Positions 49,450-62,269 of a stretch of DNA of 64,000 bases are shown here, one piece after another. Source of the DNA: Isurus oxyrinchus (taxonomy: Eukaryota); NCBI GenBank assembly GCA_026770705.1, contig JANJGN010000646.1:1-64000 (forward strand). The letters run 5' to 3'. The position numbers and the translations under genes are program-made. A model generated the notes under the pieces. It saw only the letters and a program-made list of their open reading frames with translations, was not told the origin of the DNA and did not search any database. How positions within the stretch are numbered: position 1 is the stretch's first letter; the number at the start of each line of letters is the position of its first letter.

Positions 49450-51710
49450 TGCAACAAGCTCGAGGGGTTGACTGGGCCTCCTCCTGTTCCTGTGTAACAG
49501 GCTCAAGGAGGGTGAATGGGCCTACTCCTGTTCCTGTGTAACAGGCACGAGGAGGGTGAATAGGCCTCCTCCTGTTTCTGTGTAACAGACTCATGGGGCA
49601 CAATGGGTCTCCTCCTGTTTCTGTGTAACAGGCTCGAGGGGCTGAATGGGCCTCCTCCTGTTCCTGTGTAAAAGGCTCGAGGGGCTGAATGGGCCTCCTC
49701 CTGTTCCTGTGTAACAGGCTCATGGGGGCTGAATGGCCTCCTTCTCTCACTGTGTACCAGGCTCATGGGGCTGAATGGGCCTCCTCCTGTTCCTGTGTAA
49801 CAGGCTTGAGGGGGCTGAATGGGCCTCCTCCTGTTCCTGTGTAAAAGGCTAAAGGGGCTGAATTGGCCTTCCCCAGTTCCTGTGTACCAGGCTCGAGTAC
49901 ATTAGGAGCATCATTGGAAGCAGCATTTCACTTGCACTTCCCTCAATTTAATCTACTGCCTTCACTGCTCCCAATGTGGTCTCCTCTACATGGGACAGAC
50001 CAAACACAGACTGGGTGATCGCTCTGATGAACACCTTCGGTCTGTCCACAAGCATGACCCAGACCTCCCTGTCGCTTGCCATTTTAACACCCCACCCTGC
50101 TCTCATGCCCACATGTCCGTCCTTGGCCTGCTGCATTGTTCCAGTGAAGCCCAACACAAACTGGAGGAACAGCACCTCATCTTCCGACCTGGCACTTTAC
50201 AGCCTTCCGGACTGAATATTGAGTTCAACAATTTCAGATCATGAACTCTCTCCTCCATCCCCACCCCCTTTCCAATCTCCCTTTTCCATTAATTTATCAT
50301 TTTTAATATTTATTTTATTGATATATTTTTCTTTTCCCACCTATTTCCATTATTTTTAAATGTTTTACATCTGTTGTTGTATCTCTACCTTTTAGCCTAT
50401 TTCAATCCTTTCCCCCACCCCACCCCCACTAGGACTATCTGTCTCTTGCTCGTCCTGCTTTCTACCCTTAATGTCCCCATTAGCACATTCCTCAGATAAT
50501 ATCACCACCGTCAACACCCCTTTGTCCTTTTGTCTATCACATCTTTGGCAACCTCTTCTTTACCTCCACCTATCACTGGCCCACAATCCAGCTCTACCTG
50601 TCCCACCCCCTCTACCAGCTAAAACGTCACCTCATTTCTCGATTCCCTTAGTTCTGATGAAGAGTCATACAGACCCAAAACGTCAAGTGTGTTCGTCTCC
50701 GCAGATCCTGTCAGACCTGCTGAGTTTTTCCAGCTATTTTTGTTTTTGTTCCCGTTCATGTGGAACAGGCTTGAGTGGCTGAATGGAGCCCCTAATGTTC
50801 CTGTGTAACAAGCTTGTGGAGGCTGAATGGGCCTCCTGTACCTGTGTAACAGGCTCAAGGGGACAGAATGGGCCTCCTCCTCTTCCTGTGTAACAGGCTC
50901 GAGGGGGCTGAATGGGCCTCCTCTTGATCCTGTAAAACAGGCACGAGGGACTGCATAGGTTTCCTATTCTTGTGTAAGAGGGTTGAGAGACTGAATGTGC
51001 TCTTCCTGTTCCTGGGTAACAGGCTCAGGTGACTGAATGGCCTCCTCCTGTTCCTGTGTTACAGGCTCTATGGGGCTGAATAGGACTCCTCCTTTTCCTG
51101 TGTAACAGGCTCGAGGGGCTGAGAGTCTCTCCTGTTCCTGTGGAAGGGTGTTGAGGGACTGAATGTCCTTTTCCTGTTCCTGTGTAATAGGCTCATGAGG
51201 CTGATGGGCCTTCTCCTGTCCTCATGTAACAGAATTGAGTGGCTGAATGGGCCTCCTCCTGTTCCTGTGCAACAGGCTCGAGGGGCTGAATGGGCCTCCT
51301 CCTGTTCCTGTGTAACAGGCTCGAGGGGCTGAATGGGCCTCCTCCTGTTCCTGGGTAACAGGCTTGAGGGGGCTGAATGGGGCCTCCTCCTGTTCCTGTG
51401 TAACAGGCTTGAGCTGCTGAATGTCCTCCTCTCATTAAAAATAAATACTGCAGATGCTGTAAATCTAAATAAAATCAGAAAATGCTGCATTAACTCAGCA
51501 GGTCTGGCAGCAGCTGTGGAGAGAGAAACAGAGTTTTTGCTTTGAGACTCTGAAGAAGGGTCATACGGACTCGAAATGTTAATTCTGTTTATCTCTGCAC
51601 AGATGCTGCCAGAACTACTCAGTCTCCAGCATTTCTGTTTTTGTTTCAGGTGCCCTCTTGTTCCTGAGTAGCAGGCTCGAGGGGGCTGAATGGCCTCCTC
51701 CTGTTCCGAT
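49450..51710 (+). repeat. ~43-bp minisatellite GGGGCTGAATGGGCCTCCTCCTGTTCCTGTGTAACAGGCTCGA (CR1 3'-tail derived), interrupted by Penelope-like fragments
   Basis: Unit matches the CR1 tails at ~31430 and ~32447 (GGGCTGAATGGCCTCCTCCTGTG). Confidence 0.85.
49910..50750 (+). mobile_element. Penelope-like element 3' part (GIY-YIG endonuclease)
   Basis: LIYCLHCSQCGLLYMGQTKHRLGDR..EH...VACHFN...LEEQHLIF..GTLQPSGLN. Short terminal fragments also at ~34400-34545 and, inverted, ~51437-51648. Confidence 0.8.
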
Positions 51711-52760
51711 TCAATGGGCAGTCAAAGCATGTGTCTGATTTTGGACATGGAACCCAATTCTGTCCTCAGGACATTGATAGAGGGAGAGACCAGATACAGA
51801 TCAATGCAGGAGGATTATTTATTTTCCCAATCTTTGATCCAAGCATCTCATCAAACACAGAGCGGAACCAGGATCGAGTATGTTGGTCTCTGTAATCTGT
51901 AACACATCGCACAGTCCACCCGTCCACTCAGCCATCAGGATGGATGCTAATTGTACTCTCCAAGCGTGAAAGACTAAAATGATGGTTTATTGCAGCTCTG
52001 TCTCATTCTGTTATCAAAGCTGTCTCATCCATCCATCACATATTGAAGAAGATAAACCTGCAACCAAATTTTCACATCATAATTTCCTATGTTCATTGGC
52101 TATATCAATGTAAACATGTCACGTTGTACTGATGAACTCCCATCATTGGTGGCACTGTAGCACAAGTTATCCTCTAAGCTGCAGAGAATTTCTCAAATCT
52201 CCAATCAAATTGCTTCCCTGTTTCCCAGATTGTTGTTCGTTTCGCTGTTTAACGATGAAGTGTAAAATCCAAATATATTTCTGAAAATACATTTGACTAC
52301 AAAATGGTGAGTAAATATTAACAATCTCCTCTGCTCCAATTATCCACCGATGCTGCATTTCCTGAAGTCTACACTGGCTGATGAATATTCTGTAAACACT
52401 GACAGACAGGAAGGTGAATAACAGAATGAAAATTAACTCAATCACGGACACGGGATTGAATTTGTCCGTTCTGTCCTGGTACATCATCGAACGATATCTA
52501 AAGACATTTACAATCAGAATGGAGAGAAGGATGTTTCCAACAGTGAGGGACAAATCTGAAGGAGGATGTTCGAATTGAAACCCACAGACAATCATCCTGG
52601 ATAGATCATTCCGAAGAAATTCCATCAGATTGTAACAAGAGGTTTAAATCTATTTCCTGGGAGTGAGTTCCTGTGGATATTAGGAAGGTAAATTGGAGTT
52701 TTGAATGATTCTCCCATTCTGTATTCTCCCCACACTGTGTGTGTCTCATTCTTGCTCAGT

Positions 52761-52877
52761 TTATAAATTCCCATAAACAGAATCCTTGGCAAAATCACAG
52801 TTTGCGTAAAGATCATCATCTGTATCAGGATTGACTCCGCGGTTAGATTTCATTTCCAGAACCTTTTCATCTTTCTT
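52761..52877 (-). CDS. Gene E putative terminal cytoplasmic exon (KKDEKVLEMKSNRGVNPDTDDDLYANCDFAKDSVYGNL*)
   Basis: TTTCTATTACAG acceptor, phase 0, two Tyr preceded by acidic residues. Not in the ORF track. Confidence 0.7.
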   Translation of the reverse strand, partial: KKDEKVLEMKSNRGVNPDTDDDLYANCDFAKDSVYGNL

Positions 52878-52974
52878 CTGTAATAGAAACAGAAATGATC
52901 AGAGTGACAATCAGAGTGATCAGTGTTTAGTATTATTGATCCAAATCAAAAATTCCATCCACAGTAGAGACATT

Positions 52975-54985
52975 AATTATTGATACTGAACGGGGTTTGA
53001 TTATTGATACTGAACAGTGTTTGATTATTGATTGTGAACAGTGTTTGATTATTGATACTGAACGGGGTTTGATTACTGATTCTGAACGGGGTTTGATTAT
53101 TGATGCTGAACGGAGTTTGATTATTGATTCTGAACGGGGTTTGATTATTGATTCAAAACGAGGTTTGAATATTGACACTGAATGGGGTTTGATTATTGAT
53201 CCTGAACAGGGTTTGATTATTGATCCTGAAAGGGGTTTGATTATTGATACTGAACAGTGTTTGATTATTGATACTGAACAGGGTTTGATTATTGATTCTG
53301 AACAGTGTTTGATTATTGATACTGAACGGGGTTTGATTATTGATTCTGAACAGGGTTTGATTATTGATTCTGAATGGGGTTTGATTATTGATACTGAACG
53401 GGGTTTGATTATGGATTCTGAATGGGGTTTGATTATTGATTCTGAATGGGGTTTGATTATTGATCCTGAACAGGGTTTGATTATTGATTCTGAAAGGGGT
53501 TTGATTATTGATTCTGAAAGGGGTTTGATTATGGATTCTTTACGGGGTTTGATTATTGATCCTGAACAGGGTTTGATTATTGATCCTGAAAGGGGTTTGA
53601 TTATGGATTCTGAAAGGGGTTTGATTATGGATTCTGAACGGGGTTTGATTATTGATACTGAACGGGGTTTGATTATTGATCCTGAAAGGGGTTTGATTAT
53701 TGATACTGAACGGGGTTTGATTATTGATTCTGAACGGCGTTTGATTATTGATACTGAACGGGGTTTGATTATTGATTCTGAACGGCGTTTGATTATTGAT
53801 ACTGAACGGGCTTTGATTATTGATTCTGAACGGCGTTTGATTATTGATACTGAACGGGGTTTGATTATTGACATTGAACGGGGTTTGATTATTGATTCTA
53901 AATGGTGTTTGATTATTGATTCTAAACGTTGTTTGATTGTTGAACCTGAATGGAGTTTGATTATTGATTCTGAACTGGGGTTGATTATTGATACTTAACG
54001 GGGTTTGATTATTGATTCTAAACGGTGTTTGATTATTGAATCTGAATGGAGTTTGATTATTGATACTGAACAGTGTTTGATTATTGATTCTGAACAGTGT
54101 TTGATTACTGATTCTGAAAGGGGGTTGATTATTGATACTGAACGGTGTTTGATTATTGATTCCGAACGGGGTTTGATTATTTATTCTGAACGGGGTTTGA
54201 TTATTGATACTGAATGGTGTTTGATTATTGATTCTGAACGGGGTTTGATTATTGATTCTAAACGGTGTTTGATTATTGAACCTGAACGGAGTTTGATTAT
54301 TGATACTGAACAGGGTTTGATTATTGATTCTGAAAGGGGGTTGATTATTGATACTGAACGGGGTTTGATTATTGATTCTGAACGGGGTTTGATTATAGAT
54401 ACTGAATGGTGTTTGATTATTGATTCTGAATGGGGTTTGATTACTGATACTGAACGGGGTTTGATTATTAATTCTGAACGGGGTTTGATTATTGATTCTG
54501 AACGGGTTTTGATTATTGATACTGAACGGGGTTTGATTATTGATTCTAAACGATGTTTGATTATTGAACCTGAACGGAGTTTGATTATTGATTCTGAACA
54601 GTGTTTGATTATTGATTCTGAAAGGGGGTTGATTTTTGATACTGAACGGGGTTTGATTATTAATTCTGAATGGGGTTTGATTATTGATACTGAATGATGT
54701 TTGATTATTGATTCTGAACGGGGTTTGATTATTGATACTGAACGGGTTTTGATTATTGATTCTGAACGGGGTTTGATTATTGATTCTGAACGGGGTTTGA
54801 GTATTGATACTGAACGGGGTTTGATTATTGATACTGAACGGGGTGTGATTATTGATTCTGAACGGGGTGTGATTATTGATACTGAACGGGGTGTGATTAT
54901 TGATTCTGAACGGGGTTTGATTATTGATACTGAACGGGGTTTGATTATTGATACTGATCGGGGTTTGATTATTGATTCTGAACGG
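52975..54985. repeat. 24-bp minisatellite TTGATTATTGATWCTGAACGGGGT (~84 copies)
   Basis: Regular 24-bp period giving 8-aa periodic ORFs. Confidence 0.95.
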
Positions 54986-55118
54986 TGTTGGGTGTGAGTT
55001 TGGTTGGGTTTGGGAGTGACTGTATAAAACATTGCAGATACAGGAGTGGAGCAGCCATATCAATAACCAGGCTACTGGAGCAGCTGAGAGGCTGGGGATC
55101 CTGTGGTGTGTGACTCAC

Positions 55119-55223
55119 CTGATTCCTCAAAGCCCAACCACACTCACAGTTTTCATAAACAGGACCTCGATATTCATCAACACGATGGTTCGATTTGATT
55201 CCTGCTTTCCCCTCGCCTCTCTT
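55119..55223 (-). CDS. Gene E putative cytoplasmic exon (KRGEGKAGIKSNHRVDEYRGPVYENC...), paralogous to 52761-52877
   Basis: Same CTATTACAG|AAGA acceptor context. Donor uncertain (CAG|GTGAGT after 55119, or ACT|GTGAGT). Confidence 0.55.
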
Positions 55224-55734
55224 CTGTAATAGAGATGGAAATGGACAGAGTGACAATCAACATGATGTGTATTCGGTGTTGGGTTTGATTACTGGGGAGA
55301 GAGTTCCAGATTTCCACTCCCCTTTGTGTGAAGAAGTGCTTCCTGACATCACCCCTGAACGGCCTGGCTCCAATCTGAAGTTCCGGCCCCCTTGTTCTGG
55401 ACTCCACCCGACCCCCACCACCCACCCCCACCCGAGGGAATAGCTTCTCTCTATCGACCCTATCGAGTGTTTAATCAGTTTGAACCCCTCAGTTAGATCC
55501 CTCCTTAATCTTCTAGACCCGAGGGAATATAATCGTAGACTGTGTGTAACCTGTCTGCATAATTTAACCAGAAAGATGTTCTGTACAACAAACCTGAGCC
55601 TCACACCCAGACCTCAATAATCAGTAGAAATCTTTCAAAGGCATCAATCATTGGAATCTGTCTTTATAAAGTCACAACATCAACAAAGGACGGTGTTGGT
55701 GGTGGAAGTGAATTCCAATCGTTCCGTTACTTAC

Positions 55735-55819
55735 CCAGTACCTGTCCGACTGCTCGCCTGGGGAGGAACTGCCCACACGCTCTGCTTGGGCTGAATGACC
55801 TCTTCCTGTGCTGCTCCCT
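55735..55819 (-). other. 85-nt copy of the first-exon module; possible phase 2->0 coding exon in gene E (GSSTGRGHSAQAERVGSSSPGEQSDRYW)
   Basis: CTAATTAAATACACAG|...TGG|GTAAGT; open and phase-compatible with the TM exon and the downstream tail exons. Confidence 0.4.
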
Positions 55820-56575
55820 CTGTGTATTTAATTAGAAAGGGTGGATGTGTCTCTGTGAGTCAAATCAGGAATTGGGGAACAATTGTGAAAACCCTTTCAC
55901 TGAAACGTAGGGCCTTAGTGTTGTGTTGTAAGCAAACTGTTAACCCTTTGTGTCCTGACTCTGTGACGTGATTCCTGTGTAAAGCTGAGCAGTCGTTGAG
56001 CGACTTTCAATTCACTGCTCAGTCCAGATGTTGAGGTGGATCTTCTGAAGGAGCAGATGTTGCTCAGCACTCCTTAAAAATGTCAGATACTGAACATTGT
56101 GTAAGAGGACAAGAGAGAGAATGAGAAGGAGAGCATTAGTGGAGACTGGAGAGAGAGAATGAGAGAGAGAATGAGAAGGAGAGCATTAGTGGAGATTGGA
56201 GAGAGAGTGAATGAGAGAGAGAGAATGAGAAGGCCAGCATTAGTGGAGATAAGAGAGAGTGAATGAAACATGGAAAATGGAAAGAGATTGCATTCACTAA
56301 CAAAAGAAAGGTTTTCATTTATATAGCACCTTTCACATCCTCAGGAGGTCACAATGTATTTTATGGTCCGGGTCAACACTGCCAGTTACAGGACTGAGTT
56401 GTGAAACAGTGAGTGTTGGATGAGATGTTAAACAGTAGGTGAACATCAAAACTCTTCAGGGGCTGTGAAGGGTTTTGGATGGTAAAAGGTGCTATTGAAA
56501 TGCAAGTTCTTTCTATAAGGAGAGAAGGTTGAAGAAAACATTTTCAAAAACAACCAATTAAAGCTTCACACTTAC

Positions 56576-56672
56576 TTTCTCACACACTTGAAGATGAAGA
56601 ATCCACTCAATCCAACACTCAAACAGATTCCAGCTCCAAGCAATCCTGCTTTCCATTCATTGGAATCTCGCC
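56576..56672 (-). CDS. Gene E transmembrane exon (RDSNEWKAGLLGAGICLSVGLSGFFIFKCVRK)
   Basis: 97 nt, phase 1->2, paralogous to 19813-19909. Confidence 0.85.
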
Positions 56673-56879
56673 CTGTAAAATCAGCCAATGAATGACTCCG
56701 GTACAGTTTGAGAATGGTTCCCTATGTACATGTAGTAATTCTGAACTTGTGAAGTGATATTGTCTATGCATGAAAGCTCTGTACAAATAACATTTATCTA
56801 TGTAATATTTATTGATAATATCCATGTACATGCAGGTTTCTATAAGGAGGATTCACATATAACAGAGGTGCCAAGCTGC

Positions 56880-57900
56880 TGAGGTGACACACAGGACTAC
56901 ATACACACCAAACAGCGGAAACAACATGCTATAGACAGAGCAAAGCGATCCCACAACCAACGGGTCAGATCTAAGCTCTGCAGTCCTGCCACATCCAGTC
57001 ATGAATGGTGATGGACAACTAAAGATCTAACAGGAGGAGGATGTTCCACAAATATCCCCATCCTTAATGATGGGGGAGCTCAGCACATCAGTGCAAACGA
57101 CAAGGCTGAAGCATTGGCAACCATGTTCAGCCAGAAGTGCTGAGTGGATGCTCCATCTCGGCCTCCTCCAGAGGGTCCCAGCATCACAGATGTCAGCTTT
57201 CAGACAATTCGATTGACTCCACGTGACATCAGGAATCAGCTGATGATACTGGATACAGCAAAGGCTATTGGCCCTGGCAACAACCCGGCAACAGGAAATA
57301 ATGTGGTTACAAGAGCGGGTAAGAGGCTGGGAACTCTGCGGTGAGTAACTCACCTCCTGACTCTCCAAAGCCTGTCCACCATCGACAAGGCACAAGTCAG
57401 GATTGTGATGGAATAATCTCCACTTGGCTGGATGAGTGCAGCTCCAACAACACTCAAGAAGCTCGACACCATCCAGGAGCAGCTTGTTTGATCGACAGCC
57501 CATCCACCAGCATAAACATTCATACCCTCCACCACTGGCACACAATGGCAGCAGTGTATGCACCATCTACAAGATGCACTGCAGCAACTCACCAAAGCTT
57601 CTTCGACTGCACCTTCCAAACCCTTAACCTCTTCCACCAAGACAGTTCCAAGTCAGTGAGGTGTGTGACTTGGAAATCAACATGAGGTGGTGGTCTGCCC
57701 TGGGACTTGGAACTATATCGGCCGTTCCTTCACCGTCGTTGGGTCAAAATCCTGGAACTCCCTCCCTAACAGCACTGTTGGTGTGCCTACACCACATGGA
57801 CTGCAGTGGTTAAAGAAGGCAGCTCACCACCACCTTCTCAAGGGGCAGTTACAGATGGGCAATAATTTCTGGCCTTGTCAACAATGCCCACATCCCATGA
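56880..57900 (+). mobile_element. LINE fragments (same family as 6005-8112)
   Basis: AGKRLGTLR, CTIYKMHCSNSP, KKAAHHHLLKG segments. Confidence 0.8.
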
Positions 57901-57938
57901 GCTAATAACAAGAGAACGTTCAATTCTGTGTAACTCAC

Positions 57939-58220
57939 GTTCCACAGTGATGGTTATGAATCCCTCCACTGCTCCATGTTCATTCTCTGCCACACACTGA
58001 TAGTCTCCAGTGTCCCTGGATGTAACGTGAGGAATCACCAACCACAGCTCATTGTTGGAACTTGTTCTGTTCATTGGGACATTAAGATGTCGCCACGTCA
58101 GGTTAGAAGCTGGGAAGCTCTCGACAGAGCAGATTATCACTGTAGAATTCCCCTCAATTATATTGATCGATGAAGCGTTAATCATATCAAGAGAAGTAAT
58201 TGAGAGGTTCTGTGGAGCAT
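57939..58220 (-). CDS. Gene E membrane-proximal Ig C2 exon (copy 2)
   Basis: 282 nt, phase 1-1, near-identical to 20474-20755. Confidence 0.9.
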
Positions 58221-58699
58221 CTAAAAACATATAAAGATTTTAGAGTGAGCAAGCACAATGCACATCAAGACTCCATGTATCATCTCTCCGTATCTGATGT
58301 CTGAATACAATTCCAGGCACCTTCCTCAGCATAAATTCCTCTGTCACATTTATAATGGACACTGCCTATGTAAACTGTCACACTGCAGTTGCATTCCCCC
58401 ACCAGTTGAGGTGCTATCAATCTAGAATGAAAGAAACTTTCATTCACATCCTCAGGATTTCGCCAAGCCTTTACAGGCAATGAATTGTATTTGATTGATG
58501 GAGCACTGAGGGGTAAATCTACAATTCACTGTTCAGGAGGTTGCTCATCCAATTCAGGGTCTTGTTGATCTGGAGTTTACCTTCGTTCCATCCAGAATTG
58601 GAGCTGACACCAAGACTCCAGTGCAGTGAGTGCGTGTGGGAGTGCATTTATGTATATGTGTTCAAATCTGAGAGAGTTGTTGAAGTCTGTGTAACTCAC

Positions 58700-58981
58700 G
58701 TTCCACAGTGATGGTTATGAACCCCTCCACTGCTCCATGTTCATTCTCTGCCACACACTGATAGTCTCCAGTGTCCCTGGATGTAACGTGAGGAATCACC
58801 AACCACAGATCATTGTTGGAACTTGTTCTGTTCATTGGGACATTAAGATGTCGCCACGTCAGGTTAGAAGCTGGGAAGCTCTCGACAGAGCAGATTATCA
58901 CTGCAGAATTCCCCTCAATTATATTGATCGATGAAACGTTAATCATATCAAGAGAATTAATTGAGAGGTTCTGTGGTGTGT
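58700..58981 (-). CDS. Gene E Ig C2 exon (copy 1)
   Basis: 282 nt, phase 1-1, tandem duplicate of 57939-58220. Confidence 0.9.
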
Positions 58982-59104
58982 CTGAAAACAAATAAAGATC
59001 AGTTACTTACATTGTCTGTGAAGCACTTTGAGAGACTCTGAGAATGTGAAAGGTCTGATATCAATGTAGGTTCCTTCACCACAAAGCACTTAATTCAGGC
59101 AGTC

Positions 59105-59905
59105 ACTACAGCTCAGTATTGAGCGAGTACTTCACTGTCGGAGAATGAGTACTGAGGGAGTGCTGCACAGTTGGATGGTCAGTACTGAGGGAGTGCGGCA
59201 CTGTCGGAGGGTCAGTACTGAGGGAGTGCTGCACTGTTGGATGGTCAGTACTGAGGGAGTGCTGCACTGTTGGATGGTCAGTACTGAGGGAGTGCTGCAC
59301 TGTTGGAGGTTCAGTACTGATGGAGTGCTGCACTGTTGGATGGTCAGTACTGAGGGAGTGCTGCAATGTCGGAGGATCAGTACTGAGAGAGTGCTGCATT
59401 GTCAGAGGGTCAGTACTGAGGGAGTGCTGCACTGTCAGAGGGTCAGTACTGAGAGAGTACTGCACTGTCAGAGGGTCAGTACTGAGGGAGTGCAGCACTG
59501 TTGGATGGTCAGTACTGAGGGAGTGCTGCACTGTCAGATGGTCAGTACTGAAGGAGTGCTGCACTGTTGGATGGTCAGTACTGAGGGAGTGATGCACTGT
59601 CGGAGGGTCAGTACTGAGGGAATGCTGCACTGTCGGAGGGTCAGTACTGGAAGAATGCTGCACTGTCGGAGGGTCAGGACTGGAAGATTGCTGCACTGTC
59701 AGATGTTCAGTACTGAGGGAGTGCTGCTCTGTCGGAGGGTCATTACTGAGGAAGTGCTGCATTGTCGGAGGGTCAGTACTGGAAGAGTGCTGCACTGTTG
59801 CAGGGTCAGTACTGAGGGAGTGCTGCACTGTCGGAGGGTCAGTACTGAGGGAGTGCTGCACTGTCGGAGGATCAGTAATTAGGGAGATCTGCACTGTTGG
59901 AGGGT
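59105..59905 (+). repeat. 33-bp minisatellite
   Basis: Same unit as 28660-30165; the paralogous site 20880-21075 has fewer, more degenerate units. Confidence 0.9.
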
Positions 59906-59906
59906 G

Positions 59907-62170
59907 ATAAGACCATAAGACCACAAGACGTCAGAGCAGAAGGAGGCCATTCGGCCAATCAACTCTGCTCCGCCATTCAATGACACCATGGCTGATCTGA
60001 CAATCCTCAACTCCACTTTCCTGCCTCTTCCCCATAGCCTTTGATTCCCTGACTGATTAAAAAACTGTGTCTCTCAGCCTTGAATATAATTAATGACCCA
60101 GCCTCTGCAGCTCTCTGTAGTAAATAATTCCACACATTCACTACCCTCTGAGAGAAGAAACTCCTCATCTCTGTCTTAAATGGGTGACCCCTTACTCTGA
60201 GATTATGCCCTCTGGTCCTAGACTCTCCCACAAGGGGAAACAACCTCTCAGCATCTACCCTGTCAAGCACCCTAAGAATCTTATATGTTTCAATAAGGTC
60301 AGCTCTCATTCTCCTAAACTCCAATGAGTACAGGCCCATCCTACTCAACCTCTCCTCATATGAAAATCCCTCCATTACTGGGATCAACCTAGTGAACCTT
60401 CTCTGGACTGCCTCCGATGCCAGTACATCTTTCCTTAGATAAGGGAACCAAAACTGCTCACAGTATTCTAGGTGTGGTCTAACTAGTGCCTTGTATAGTT
60501 TTAGCAAGTCTTCCCTATTTTTATACTCCATTCCCTTTGAAATAAAGGCCAACATTCCACCTGCCTTCCCTATTAACTGTTGAACTTGTAAGTTATCTTT
60601 CTCATGACCCCCAAATTCCAATATGCTTCAGCTTTCCAATGTCTTTCTCCATTGAAATAATATTCAGCTCCTCTATACATCCTGCCACAGTGCAGCAGCT
60701 CACATTTTCCCACATTATATTCCATCTGCCAAGTTGATGCCCACTCACTGAACCTGTCTATGTCCCTCTGTAGACTCTTCGTGTCACCCTCACCACTTGC
60801 CTTCCCATCTATTTTTGTGTCATCCGCAAACTTGGCGAAAGTACATTAATTTCCCTCATCCAAGTCATTAATATATATTGTAAACAATTGTGGCCCCAGT
60901 ACTGATCCCTGTGGCAATCCACAGGTTGACATCCTGAAAATGCCCCCCTTATCTCAAATCTCTGTCTTCTCTTAGTTAGTCGATCCTCTATCCATGCTAA
61001 TATACTGCCCCCAACACCATGGGCTCTTATCTTATTAAGTAGCCTTATATGTGGTAATTTACTGAACAACTTTTGGAAATCCAAATATATTACATCTACT
61101 GGTTCCCCTTTATCTATCCTGTTTGTTATCTCCTCAAGGAATTCTAATAAATTTGTCATGCATGATTTCCCCTTCATGAAGCCTGTGTGTGATTAAATTA
61201 TGCATTTCTAAATAGTCTGCTATTACATCCTTTATAATGGACTCTAACATGTTCCCAATGACAGATGTTAAGCTAACTGGCCTATAGTTACCTGTTTGTT
61301 GTCTCCCTCCCTTTTTGAATATGGGTGTTACTTTGGCAGATTTCCAATCCTCTGGGAGTTTCCCAGAATCTAAGGATTCTTGGAAGATTAAAATCAGTGC
61401 ATCCACTATCTCTGCATCTACTTCCTTTAATATCCTAAGATGCAACCTATCAGGTCCAGGGGACCTATCAGCCTTGAGATCCATGACTTTCCCTAGTATT
61501 ATTCTCTAGTGATAGTTACTGTATTTATTTCCTCCCCCCACCCCCCTTTTGCCCCTTGATTATTTAGTATTTTTGGAATGCTATTAGTGTGTTCTACCGT
61601 GAAGACTGATGCAAAGTATTTATTCAACTCCTCTGTCATTTCCTGGCTCCTCATTATTATTTCCCCAGCCTAGTTCTCTCAGGGGCCTATGTTCACTTTG
61701 GTCTCTCTCTCCCTTTTTATATATTTAAAGAAGCTTTTACTGTCCTTTTTTTATAATTTGCTAGTTTACATAGTTTTCTGCCTCTTTATTTATTTTTTGG
61801 TCATCTTCTGTTGGTTTTTAAAACGTTCCCAATCCTCTGGCTTACCACTAACCATATTGCATGGTTTCTCTTTCAATTTGACACACACCTTAACTTCTTT
61901 GGGTAACCCAGGTTGGTTTATTCTCTTCCTACAATCCTTCTTCCTCACCGGGATATATCTTTGTTGTGAGTCATGAGATATTTTCTTAAAGATCTGCCAT
62001 TGTTCATCCAGCATCTTTTCTGCTAAACCCCTTTCCCAGTCCACTCCAGACAACCCTGTCCTTATTCCTTTGTAATTACACTTATTTAAGTCCAGCACAG
62101 TTGTTTCCGACCCAATTTTCTCAGTCTCAGAGGGAATGCTGAATTGTACCAGGTTATGGTCACTGTTTTC
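59907..62170 (-). mobile_element. CR1-like LINE ORF2 remnant
   Basis: SPGPDRLH, LPEDWKSAKVTPIFKKG, DVIYLDFQK, LVRPHLEYC; short repeat tail at ~59907. Confidence 0.9.
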
Positions 62171-62269
62171 CAGGGGATCATTTATTCTGAGATACAGTTC
62201 AGAGGAAAACCACCCATTAATATATCCCGTGTCAGTCACACCGTAGCAATAGAGAATTCAGATGGAATA

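Noticed and set aside
52933-55063. Long 8-aa periodic ORFs on both strands
   Set aside because: A by-product of a 24-bp tandem repeat inside an intron.
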